23,924 nucleotides of DNA from Polyangiaceae bacterium (GTDB taxonomy: Bacteria; Myxococcota_A; Polyangia; Polyangiales; Polyangiaceae): NCBI GenBank assembly GCA_044222475.1, contig JBGANF010000118.1, positions 1 to 23,924 on the forward strand, given 5' to 3'. The notes beneath the pieces are model-generated. The model was not told the origin of the DNA. It did not search any database and worked only from the letters and a program-made list of their open reading frames with translations. The position numbers and the translations under genes were made by a program. How positions within the stretch are numbered: position 1 is the first letter of the stretch; each line of letters starts with the position of its first letter. Below are positions 9,403 to 17,367 of this stretch, in pieces.

Positions 9403-11544
9403 CTAGCGCGCCTGCCCCTTCGCGTTGTGGGGGGCGCTGGGCACGCTGGGCTCGGCCCGCTCGATCGGGAGGAGCATGCGGAAGAGCGTCCCCTTGCCGG
9501 GGACGGATTGAAGGCTGATCTCGCCGCCGTGGACGTCGGAGATGCGCTTCACGACCGTGAGCCCGAGTCCGGTGCCCTGCGCGCGGGTGGTGAAGAACGG
9601 CTCGAAGATCCGGTGCTCGATGCGAGCGTCGATCCCGGCTCCGGTGTCCTCGAGCTCGAGGCGCAGGCGTGCGCCGACGCGCGCCAGCCGCATCGTCAGT
9701 GTACCGCCGCGGGTCATCGACTGAATCGCGTTCATCGCGACGTTGATGAGCGCCTGCCGAAGCAGTCGCTTGTCGACCGAGGCGTCGGGCAGGGAAGGCT
9801 CGATCTCGAACTGGACCTTCACCGAGTTCTCGGTCGCTGCCATCGCGACCGAGACGGCCTCCTCGGCGATGGGTGCGATCGGCTCGCGGCGCAGCGCCGG
9901 GCTGAGCGGTCGAGCGAAGTCGAGGAGGTCACCGACGATGTGGTTGAGCCGCTGCGCCTCCTCTTCGAGGATGTCGACGAGGCGCATCTTCGTGGGGTCG
10001 TCGTCACCGATGGTTCGGCGCAGCGTCGACGCCGAGTTGAAGATGACTCCGAGCGGGTTGCGAACCTCGTGGGCGACGACGGCCGCGAGCTCACCGAGCG
10101 CGGCGAGTCGCTCGCGCTGCACGAGCTTCTCTTGCGTGCGCTCGAGGCTCGCGTAGCTCTCGCGGAGATCGTCGAGCAGCCGCTTCGTCTGGACGGCCGC
10201 GCCGAAGTGGGTCGCCGCCGCCTGCAAGAGCTCGAGGTCGGCTTGGGACACCTCGCGCGCGTCGGCGAACGCCATGTTCATCACCCCGACGACCTTTCCG
10301 CGTGACGCGAGCGGGATGGTCGCCGTGGTGTGCAGCGGGATCGCGCGGAAGATCTGCTGATAGTCCTCGCTGAACTCGTCGAGTCGGAAGACCTGAGGCG
10401 TTCCCGTGCGGACGACGTGGCCGAGGTTCGACTGCTTGTCGAGGACGACGTCGGTGAGGAGCGGAACGGCGCTCGGAGGGAGGCCGACTTCGTAGGCGAG
10501 CTTTGCTTTCCTGCCGCTCTCGTCGATCAGGTGCACGGTGAACGCCTGACCCCGCATCGCGTGCAGCAGCTCCTCGGCGCCGACGCGGAAGAGCTGCCCG
10601 ATCTCGTCTTCGCCGCCGGCCGCGGCGGCGACGCGGTTGAGCGCGGCGAGCGCCTCGTTGCGCGCCGAGAGGTTTCCGATCACGCGCGCTGCATCGAGCG
10701 CCGAGGAGATCTGCGCGGCGAACAACCGGAGAGCGGGCAGGTCTTCTTCGTGGATCCAGGTCCCCGCGATCACGAGGACGCGCAGCCGCTCCGTCCCGCG
10801 ATCGATGCGGAGCAGCGCACCGCGCATGACGCCGAGCCCGGCGAGCTTCTCGTGGAGAAGCTTCCCGGCGGCGCCGGGGACCATCATCCCCATCGCGCCG
10901 GGGATGTCGTCTTCGATCGCCACGCCGCGCTCCCATGCGAGCTGGAGCTTTCCGGTCGGGTCGATGCCGGAGAACTCGCCGGGGTGAACGCCGAGGCTCG
11001 CGATCGCTTCGGAGTAAGCGGTGTTGCCCGGTCCACCGGACGCCAGGATCAGCCACTTTCCGTAGTGCGGTGCGACGAACGCCCAGCCGACGTTCAAGCG
11101 CTCGAGGCCGTCGGTCAGCGTGCCGTAGATCCCTTCGTCGGACAGCTCGGCTTGGAGGCTCGCCCCGAGCTGAACGAGCTCGTGGAGGAGGTACGCGCGC
11201 TCGCGTCGCTCGGTGCGATCGCAGAGCTGGCAGAGGACCGTGTCCGACGCGCGATCGCCTTGGAGCCACACCTCGGTGGGGACGATGGTGCCGTCGCTGC
11301 GGAGGACGTCGAGATCGTAGTTGTCGGGGACCGGTTCGCCGGCGAGCCGCCGCCGGTAGCGATCTTCCACCCAGGCTCGATCGCCCGGCGCGCAGAAATC
11401 GATGAAGCGCATGCCGACGACCTCGGCCCGGGTCCGCGCGATCATCGCGAGCAGAGCGTCGTTCGCGAAGATGACCACGCCGCGCTTGACGATCCCGAGC
11501 GGGAGCGGGACTGACTCGAGCCATTCGAGCGGCGTGTCGGCCAT
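9403..11544 (-). CDS. PAS-GAF sensor histidine kinase (soluble)
   Basis: N-terminal PAS and GAF (TIPLASRGKVVGVMNM). H-box AHEVRNPL, N-box NVAMNA, DTGAGI, FEPFFTT and GTGLGL. Start moved to MADTP (11544) to avoid overlap with the divergent gene. Confidence 0.92.
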   Translation of the reverse strand: MADTPLEWLESVPLPLGIVKRGVVIFANDALLAMIARTRAEVVGMRFIDFCAPGDRAWVEDRYRRRLAGEPVPDNYDLDVLRSDGTIVPTEVWLQGDRASDTVLCQLCDRTERRERAYLLHELVQLGASLQAELSDEGIYGTLTDGLERLNVGWAFVAPHYGKWLILASGGPGNTAYSEAIASLGVHPGEFSGIDPTGKLQLAWERGVAIEDDIPGAMGMMVPGAAGKLLHEKLAGLGVMRGALLRIDRGTERLRVLVIAGTWIHEEDLPALRLFAAQISSALDAARVIGNLSARNEALAALNRVAAAAGGEDEIGQLFRVGAEELLHAMRGQAFTVHLIDESGRKAKLAYEVGLPPSAVPLLTDVVLDKQSNLGHVVRTGTPQVFRLDEFSEDYQQIFRAIPLHTTATIPLASRGKVVGVMNMAFADAREVSQADLELLQAAATHFGAAVQTKRLLDDLRESYASLERTQEKLVQRERLAALGELAAVVAHEVRNPLGVIFNSASTLRRTIGDDDPTKMRLVDILEEEAQRLNHIVGDLLDFARPLSPALRREPIAPIAEEAVSVAMAATENSVKVQFEIEPSLPDASVDKRLLRQALINVAMNAIQSMTRGGTLTMRLARVGARLRLELEDTGAGIDARIEHRIFEPFFTTRAQGTGLGLTVVKRISDVHGGEISLQSVPGKGTLFRMLLPIERAEPSVPSAPHNAKGQAR

Positions 11545-11608
11545 CTGGGCACGAATCCTAATGTAGAAGTCGCCTCGCGGCGAGTCGGCGTGCGGTACCT
11601 TGGGCTCC

Positions 11609-12286
11609 GTGACGTCCCCCGAAGCCTTCGTCCGAGAGCTCGATGCCGAGAACGAGCGCGTGCTCGCCCGCCTGATGGGCAAAGGCGCATCATCCCACCC
11701 TGGTACGGCTGGTACGGCTGGTACGGAGGAACTCACCGTCCCGCGCCTGTTGGGGCTCGCGCTGAAGAACGAGCTCGAAGCGACGGAGTGCGCGGCCGGC
11801 TGGATCGCGACGACGCCGGAGCTCGGGGCGAAGCTCGCGTTCGCGCGCCAAGCGGGGGACGAAGCGAAGCACTACCGGCTCATCGAGAAGCGGCTCGCGG
11901 CGCTCGGCGTCGACGCTCGCGCCCTCGATCCGTCGAAGCAGCCGCCGAGCCCGCTGCTCTCGTACCTTCGATCGCTCGAGACGACGGTGGAGCGGGTCGC
12001 AGCCGGACAGTTCACGCGCGAGGCGCTGGCGCTCGTGCGAAACGAGGAGTTCATCCGTTTCGCCTCGGCGGCCGGAGACGAGGCGACCGCGGCGCTCTAT
12101 CGCGATCGGATTCAACCGGACGAGAAGCATCACCACGAGCTCGGCCGAGCGCTCTTGATCGAGCTCGCGACGACCGACGCGCTGCAGGAGCGCGCTCGTC
12201 GCGCGGCGGAGAAGACGCTGTCGCTCGCGGACGAGCTCCAGGAGATCGCGCGGCTCAAGGGCATCACCAGCGCGCCGGGCTGCTGA
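11609..12286 (+). CDS. Ferritin-like di-iron carboxylate protein
   Basis: E..DEAKH..E..DEKHH ligand pattern in a helical protein. GTG start 7 nt after TACCTT. Ends in APGC. Confidence 0.85.
   Translation: MTSPEAFVRELDAENERVLARLMGKGASSHPGTAGTAGTEELTVPRLLGLALKNELEATECAAGWIATTPELGAKLAFARQAGDEAKHYRLIEKRLAALGVDARALDPSKQPPSPLLSYLRSLETTVERVAAGQFTREALALVRNEEFIRFASAAGDEATAALYRDRIQPDEKHHHELGRALLIELATTDALQERARRAAEKTLSLADELQEIARLKGITSAPGC
11700..11726 (+). repeat. In-frame 9-bp tandem repeat (CTGGTACGG)x3
   Basis: Three perfect copies encoding GTAGTAGT. Confidence 0.9.
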
Positions 12287-12316
12287 CGGCGTCCGTTTCG
12301 GGCGGCTTCGACCGTC

Positions 12317-12345
12317 TTGACGTGGGCCCATACGGGGGCCACTTT
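12317..12345 (+). promoter_or_regulatory. Putative sigma70 promoter of ssrA
   Basis: TTGACG-N17-CACTTT about 40 nt upstream of the tmRNA 5' end. The -10 box is imperfect. Confidence 0.5.
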
Positions 12346-12384
12346 GTGGACACGAAAGGATTGTTAGCCAGCTGACAGTTTCCG

Positions 12385-12737
<353 letters not shown>

Positions 12738-12742
12738 GCCCT

Positions 12743-12800
12743 GGGGGAGGGCGGCACGCGCCGCCTCCCCTCGTTGGGCAGAGCCCAACGAGCCTCCCCT
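12743..12800. repeat. Tandem GC-rich hairpins directly after tmRNA
   Basis: GGGGAG(G)GCGGC-ACGC-GCCGCCTCCCC, plus a perfect 10-bp stem CTCGTTGGGC-AGA-GCCCAACGAG. No U-tract. Confidence 0.8.
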
Positions 12801-12804
12801 CCAC

Positions 12805-12947
12805 GCGGACCCTCCGCTACGCGTCGGGGGGGCGAACGCCCCCCGCTTCGCGGTTCTCCCGCGCTCCGCGTTCGGCTCCGCGCGTCTCGGCGGACCCTCC
12901 GCTACGCGTCGGGGGGGGCGGACGCCCCCCGCTTCGCGGTTCCCCCG
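12805..12947. repeat. REP-like ~57-bp palindromic direct repeat, 2 copies (12805-12861, 12890-12947)
   Basis: GCGGACCCTCCGCTACGCGTC-G7/8-CG(A/G)ACGCCCCCCGCTTCGCGGTTC(T/C)CCCG occurs twice. Each copy consists of short hairpins. Confidence 0.85.
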
Positions 12948-12970
12948 GGCGCCGCTTTCGAGGACTCGCG

Positions 12971-13468
12971 ATGATCGACGAACGGCAAGCACGTGACCTC
13001 GTGGCAAAGACGATCACGCTCGACGGGATCACGTTCGGTGATGCGCGCGAGCTCGAGCAGGGTTGGTTCTTTCCACGAACCGAGATCGGCAGTCACGGGG
13101 TAGTCGTCAACAAGCGCAGCGGGAAGGTGTTGCAGCTTGGGTCTGCGTTTCCCGTCGAGCGCGACCTCGCGCTGTACGATCGCGACTGGCAGTTCGAGAG
13201 GTACGACCTCGTGGTCCTCGCAATCCACGATCTGGGCGCAACGCGGCGAGCGATTGGCAAGCTTCCACTGAGCACCGTCGAGCCCAAGTACGAGCATGGA
13301 CGGGTTTGGCGCATCCCGAAGACGATGACCGACCTCGAGCGATGGAAGCGGCTCGACAAACTGCCGTGCATCTTCCCCGCGGTGAGCCTCTATTTCCATC
13401 TCGAGGTGCTCGAAGAGGCGCGCCGTGAGCGTTGGTTCGAATTCGAGGCGCTCGAGTATCGCGAGTGA
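12971..13468 (+). CDS. Hypothetical protein with N-terminal YrhB/Imm35-like domain
   Basis: GAGGA RBS. GWFF..G..VVVNKRSGKV..LGSA.PVE..L..Y resembles YrhB-like immunity proteins. Confidence 0.65.
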   Translation: MIDERQARDLVAKTITLDGITFGDARELEQGWFFPRTEIGSHGVVVNKRSGKVLQLGSAFPVERDLALYDRDWQFERYDLVVLAIHDLGATRRAIGKLPLSTVEPKYEHGRVWRIPKTMTDLERWKRLDKLPCIFPAVSLYFHLEVLEEARRERWFEFEALEYRE

Positions 13469-13474
13469 CCCGCG

Positions 13475-14125
13475 TCAGATTCGGTGAGGTGTCTCCTCCG
13501 TTCGGATGAGTCCGCGTCGCCTCCAGCCGTCCTTCGCCAGCCACGTCTTCGGCGCGGCGATCGGTCGGCCGTCCGTCCACGGCGTGGCGTTCGCGAAACC
13601 GTCGAACCATGGTCCCGACGAGTACGCATCGACTCCGGCGAGCCGCACTCCGTGCTTCTTCGCGTTCATCAAGACGTAGACCAGCGCGTTGCGCACCTCG
13701 CGCGGGGTCTCCAGCGCGTGAGCGTGATAGCGCTCCTTCCACACCGACCCGCGCACCCGGAGCACGCGATTGATCGCGCGAGCCATGCGGACGTTGAGGC
13801 CGAGCATGCCGCTCGAGAGGGCTCGGGCGTCGTGCGCCTCTACGACGAGGTGCACGTGGTTCGTCTGCACCGAGAAGTGAAGCACTCGAAACGCCGCCCG
13901 CGACGCGTGGGCGACGGCGGCCCGAACCTCGGCGACGATCGCCTGCTCGCGAAACGACGGTAGCCCGCCCCGCGCGCGCATCGTGACGTGCACTGGATGC
14001 CGAGCGCGATGCACGGGACGCGCGCGATGAGCCACCGTGCGTCGCCCGCCCGGCTTGCGTCCGGCACCCGCACGCGCGCCGCCCCACCTGCGAGCCTCGA
14101 GCGGAAGGGAGAGCTGAGTCGCCAT
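13475..14125 (-). mobile_element. RAYT/IS200-like (Y1 HUH) tyrosine transposase
   Basis: PVHVTMR, FSVQTNHVHLVVE (HUH), GSVWKERYH and ALVYVLMN (catalytic Tyr), YSSG. N-terminal WGGARAGAGRKP. No tnpB adjacent. Confidence 0.88.
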
Positions 14126-14134
14126 CTTGAATAG

Positions 14135-14167
14135 GGGCAATGTATTGCCCTGCACGCCCGTCGTCAA
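14135..14167 (-). promoter_or_regulatory. Sigma70 promoter of the transposase with palindrome over the -10 box
   Basis: Minus strand TTGACG (14167-14162)-N17-TACATT (14144-14139). Inverted repeat GGGCAAT-GT-ATTGCCC at 14135-14150. Confidence 0.75.
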
Positions 14168-14250
14168 CCCGCGGGCGAGGATCTCTGACCGATCGGACTC
14201 AGGCCGACAGTCCGGTCGTGCAATCCGAGGACTCGCAGGTGGTCAGGAGC

Positions 14251-14322
14251 TCGGACTCCGACGCGGAAGCGGAAGCGGAAGCGGAAGCAGAAGCGGAAGC
14301 GGAAGCGGAAGCGGACTCGGCC
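14251..14322. repeat. Hexamer tandem repeat (GCGGAA)n
   Basis: Eight units at 14263-14310 (one is GCAGAA), flanked in register by TCGGAC TCCGAC and GCGGAC TCGGCC. Confidence 0.95.
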
Positions 14323-14415
14323 GCCGTGAAGCCACCGCGTTTCCGGTGCGTCTTCGCGTCTTGCGGATGATGCGGGGGATCAACGTTCCGCCGTCCACGC
14401 GCTACACTTGCGAGT

Positions 14416-14652
14416 GTGAGCCTGCGCGCCGTCGTCTCGTTGGCGATTCACGTCATCGGTGATCCTCCGTTGGGAGTCATCGCTGCCGTCGTCGCCGCGT
14501 TCGACCACGGTGGGTCGGGCGAACCGAACGACCGCGTCCCCATCGTTCATCTCGACCTACGTCCGAGCGCGGAGATCCGGCACGACGTCTTCGATTCGCA
14601 CCGGCGTTGCCACTGGCCGATGGCACCTGCAGCCGCCGCCGACGGACGCTGA
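14416..14652 (+). CDS. Small hypothetical protein (78 aa)
   Basis: GTG 7 nt after TACACT. Ends 3 nt before the convergent GNAT stop. No recognised family. Confidence 0.45.
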   Translation: MSLRAVVSLAIHVIGDPPLGVIAAVVAAFDHGGSGEPNDRVPIVHLDLRPSAEIRHDVFDSHRRCHWPMAPAAAADGR

Positions 14653-14655
14653 AGG

Positions 14656-15171
14656 TCAGGGCGCTTCCACCGCATAGCGGCGCGTCTTCGCGTCGTAGAA
14701 GTCGACTTCGGTCTCGTAACGCAGCCCGATGGACTCGGCGACGCGGGCGGACCGGGCGTTCTCGTGGTCGATGTGCGCGATGACTCGCTTCGCGCCGCGG
14801 CGCTCGAGCGCCCACGCGAGCGCGGCGGCCGCACCTTCCTTCGCGAGACCTTGCCCGCGAAAGCGCTCGACCAGGCTCCAGCCGATCTCCATGTCGGGGA
14901 AACCCTCGCGCACGAAGACGCCGATCATCCCTGCGAACGACTCCGTCTCGCAGTGCTCGACGAGCCACCACCCCGCGCCGTTCAGCATCCAGAGCCCCGT
15001 CGCCGACGCGAACGATCGCCACGCGCCGCGGCGATCGGGGAGCGGTCGCGACAGCATGATCTCCGGGAGGCCCTCGAGGTATGCCTCGAAGTCGCTCGCC
15101 CGGAACTCACGCAACAGCAGCCGCGACGTCTTCAGCCGAGGGACCTGGACCGGCGGGGCGGCATCCGACAT
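14656..15171 (-). CDS. GNAT N-acetyltransferase (RimJ/RimL type)
   Basis: LKTSRLLLREF, EIGWSL, FRGQGLAKE and NARSARVAESIGL. Start MSDAA lies 7 nt after TATGCT. Confidence 0.92.
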   Translation of the reverse strand: MSDAAPPVQVPRLKTSRLLLREFRASDFEAYLEGLPEIMLSRPLPDRRGAWRSFASATGLWMLNGAGWWLVEHCETESFAGMIGVFVREGFPDMEIGWSLVERFRGQGLAKEGAAAALAWALERRGAKRVIAHIDHENARSARVAESIGLRYETEVDFYDAKTRRYAVEAP

Positions 15172-15219
15172 GAGACGCAGCATAGCGCCGCCCGCTGAAA
15201 CCATGTCAGTGTGAGGCGG

Positions 15220-15414
15220 ATGGCCAGCAACGTCGTCAACCTCAACCGGTTCAAGAAGAAGAAGCAGCGCGAAGAGAAGGCGAAGCAAGCCGAGATCAAC
15301 CGCATCCGCCACGGGCGCACGCAAGCCGAGAAGGATCGCGAGCGCGCCGAACGCGAGCGCGCGGCGCGGTCGATCGAAGGCAAACGTCTAGAGCGCGACG
15401 AACCCGAGGGCTGA
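15220..15414 (+). CDS. DUF4169-family small basic protein
   Basis: NVVNLNRFKKKK..AEINRIRHGRT.AEK pattern and GAGG RBS. Confidence 0.85.
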   Translation: MASNVVNLNRFKKKKQREEKAKQAEINRIRHGRTQAEKDRERAERERAARSIEGKRLERDEPEG

Positions 15415-15422
15415 GCCGCGTC

Positions 15423-16025
15423 TCACCACCACGCCGGCGCGCACCAACTCGTGTAGATCGCCGTGCCGTAACGGGCGCACCCCGTCGACGCGACGATGTC
15501 GAAGTTCTCGCTGAACGCGTTGTCGTGCTTGACCGTGACCTCCTCGCCGGGGGCGTTCGGATCGCGGATCGCGCACAGACCTTGGGCGACGAGATCGGCG
15601 ACGACCGCGTCCATGAACTTGTCCACGTCGAGGATGCTCGGACAGCTCCACTGGTTGTTGTAGTCGAACCACGACGGGTGCGCGGCGATGACGTTCTGCA
15701 CCGCCTTGATGACGTTGGAGACGTAGCAAGATGGCCCGCCGGCGCACTGGTCGCCTTCGCCGGTGCCGGTGCCGGGTGAGCAGTCTTTCGGCGCGTTGGT
15801 CTTGCAGACGTGCGGGCCAGCGTCGATGCCGGCGTCGACGGACGCGGCGTCGCGGTTGCCGTCGGCGCCGTCGGTCCGAGCGTCGACGAGCGACGCCTCC
15901 GGGAGGAGCGTGACGTCGGCGCGTGCATCTCCGCCGCCCGCGTCATCGACGGTGGCCGGCACCTCCGCGCACGCGCCAAGGAGGGCGAGCGCGAGCGCTG
16001 CGCGAACACACTGTGCGACTCGCAT
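15423..16025 (-). CDS. Cys-rich lipoprotein of unknown function (200 aa)
   Basis: Lipobox LGAC, DAG linker and a Cys-containing C-terminal domain. TACGCT lies 6 nt before the ATG. Confidence 0.8.
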   Translation of the reverse strand: MRVAQCVRAALALALLGACAEVPATVDDAGGGDARADVTLLPEASLVDARTDGADGNRDAASVDAGIDAGPHVCKTNAPKDCSPGTGTGEGDQCAGGPSCYVSNVIKAVQNVIAAHPSWFDYNNQWSCPSILDVDKFMDAVVADLVAQGLCAIRDPNAPGEEVTVKHDNAFSENFDIVASTGCARYGTAIYTSWCAPAWW

Positions 16026-16190
16026 CGTCCAAGCGTAGCGAACGATCGACGGCAGTTCGACTGCCGCACTATGTCGCGCGCTCCGTGCGGATCGGATCAG
16101 GCAGTATCGTGCCGCCGCACACCGTCTCGCCGACGCCGCCCGTCAGCCTCGTCGTCGTCGCGTCGTCCGATCCATGCGAGGTAGGGTTCT

Positions 16191-16814
16191 TTGTCGATTT
16201 CCTCACAGCTCGACGTCCAGACGGACGACGACCGAGTCTTCTTCTCGATGGCGGGTCGACTGATCGACGCCATCGATGGCGAGCACGACCCCGACTACCT
16301 CGTCGTGGTTCGTGTCCGAAACTGGTTCGATCACAAGTGGCTGCGATTCTCGGGCAAAGGACGCGTCCCTTTCCAGGGGCTCTGGCTCGATCACCCCGGA
16401 GTCTCCCTCGACGCTTTCGTTCAGGACCGCCTCACGTTTCCGCCGTTCACCCCGCGGAGAATCGTCCGCGAGACGCACTTCACGCGCGATGGCGCGAAGG
16501 ACCTCGACTCCGTCCACCGCCTCCGTCTGGCGAGCAGCGCCTGGAACCTCCACCGGCGTGTGGCCGACTTTTCCCGATCGCTCGTGGCCGTTTGGCTCTC
16601 CACCGCGTCGGAGCAGACCGGGCGTGCGAGCGTGATGACGTACCTGTCCCAAGACGAAACCGTCGCCGCTTGGTACGCGTCCTTCGCCCGCAACGCCGGT
16701 GAATGGAAGCTGCAGCGCGTCAAGGGAACGCCCCGCGAGCGGATCGTGACGTGGCTCGGCGTGCCGCCGCCGCCGGCTTCCGGGATCGTCGCCCTCCGAG
16801 AACCCGAGGGCTGA
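16191..16814 (+). CDS. Hypothetical protein (start may be ATG 16248)
   Basis: Trp/Phe-rich globular-looking ORF with GC-rich third codon positions. Confidence 0.7.
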   Translation: MSISSQLDVQTDDDRVFFSMAGRLIDAIDGEHDPDYLVVVRVRNWFDHKWLRFSGKGRVPFQGLWLDHPGVSLDAFVQDRLTFPPFTPRRIVRETHFTRDGAKDLDSVHRLRLASSAWNLHRRVADFSRSLVAVWLSTASEQTGRASVMTYLSQDETVAAWYASFARNAGEWKLQRVKGTPRERIVTWLGVPPPPASGIVALREPEG

Positions 16815-16869
16815 CCTCGGAAACGACGATTGGATGTTCTCCGCGCGAAGCCCCAGGTTGCTCCGTGCC

Positions 16870-17367
16870 ATGAACGAACACTTCGAACTCGCCGCTCGCG
16901 CGGTCGCGATCGGCGCCCTCGCCACCCTCGTGATGGACGCCTGGGCGTTCCTCCTGCGCCGCTTCGGCGTGCCATCGCTGAACTTCGCTTTCCTCGGGCG
17001 ATGGATCGGTCACCTTCCGCGCAAGCGCTTCGTGCATCAGAGCATCGCCACCGCCGAACCGATCCGCGGCGAGCTCGCACTCGGATGGGTCGCGCACTAC
17101 TCGATCGGCGTCACGTTCGCCGCGCTCCTGCTCTCGATCTTCGGTGCGCGATGGGCGAGCGCACCGACGCTCGTCCCCGCGCTCCTCGTCGGGCTCGTGA
17201 CCGTCGTCATGCCGCTGTTCGTGTTGCAGCCGGCGCTCGGCGCCGGGATCGCGTCGTCGAAGACGAAGACGCCGATCGCGAACGTCTTCAAGAGCGTCGT
17301 GACCCACACCGTCTTCGGCTTCGGGCTGTACCTCGGAGCTTCGGTCCTCCGCGCGGTGTGCTCGTGA
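16870..17367 (+). CDS. DUF2938-family membrane protein
   Basis: IGALATLVMDAW, LGRWIGH, GELALGWVAHY, QPALGAGIASSKT and HTVFGFGLY. Confidence 0.85.
   Translation: MNEHFELAARAVAIGALATLVMDAWAFLLRRFGVPSLNFAFLGRWIGHLPRKRFVHQSIATAEPIRGELALGWVAHYSIGVTFAALLLSIFGARWASAPTLVPALLVGLVTVVMPLFVLQPALGAGIASSKTKTPIANVFKSVVTHTVFGFGLYLGASVLRAVCS

Larger units (their letters stand above)
15400..16814 (+). repeat. 15-bp direct repeat GAACCCGAGGGCTGA (15400-15414 and 16800-16814)
   Basis: Exact match. Both copies form the EPEG-stop end of a gene. Confidence 0.85.

Noticed and set aside
12278..12316. Gly-Cys-TGA followed by a hairpin as possible selenocysteine readthrough
   Set aside because: The loop is only about 8 nt from the UGA, too close for a typical bacterial SECIS. 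The readthrough peptide looks non-coding and crosses the ssrA promoter.
12805..12947. Direct repeats as a CRISPR array
   Set aside because: There are only two ~57-bp units, the spacer is itself palindromic, and no cas genes are present.
14127..14462. ORFs reading (GS)n or (AE)n through the hexamer tract
   Set aside because: These are low-complexity by-products of the repeat, and they start within the transposase promoter region.
14590..14613. TTCGATTC..CCGGCG resembling the tmRNA 3' end (possible attR)
   Set aside because: Only 8+6 nt match with a gap, which is compatible with chance, and no integrase is present.
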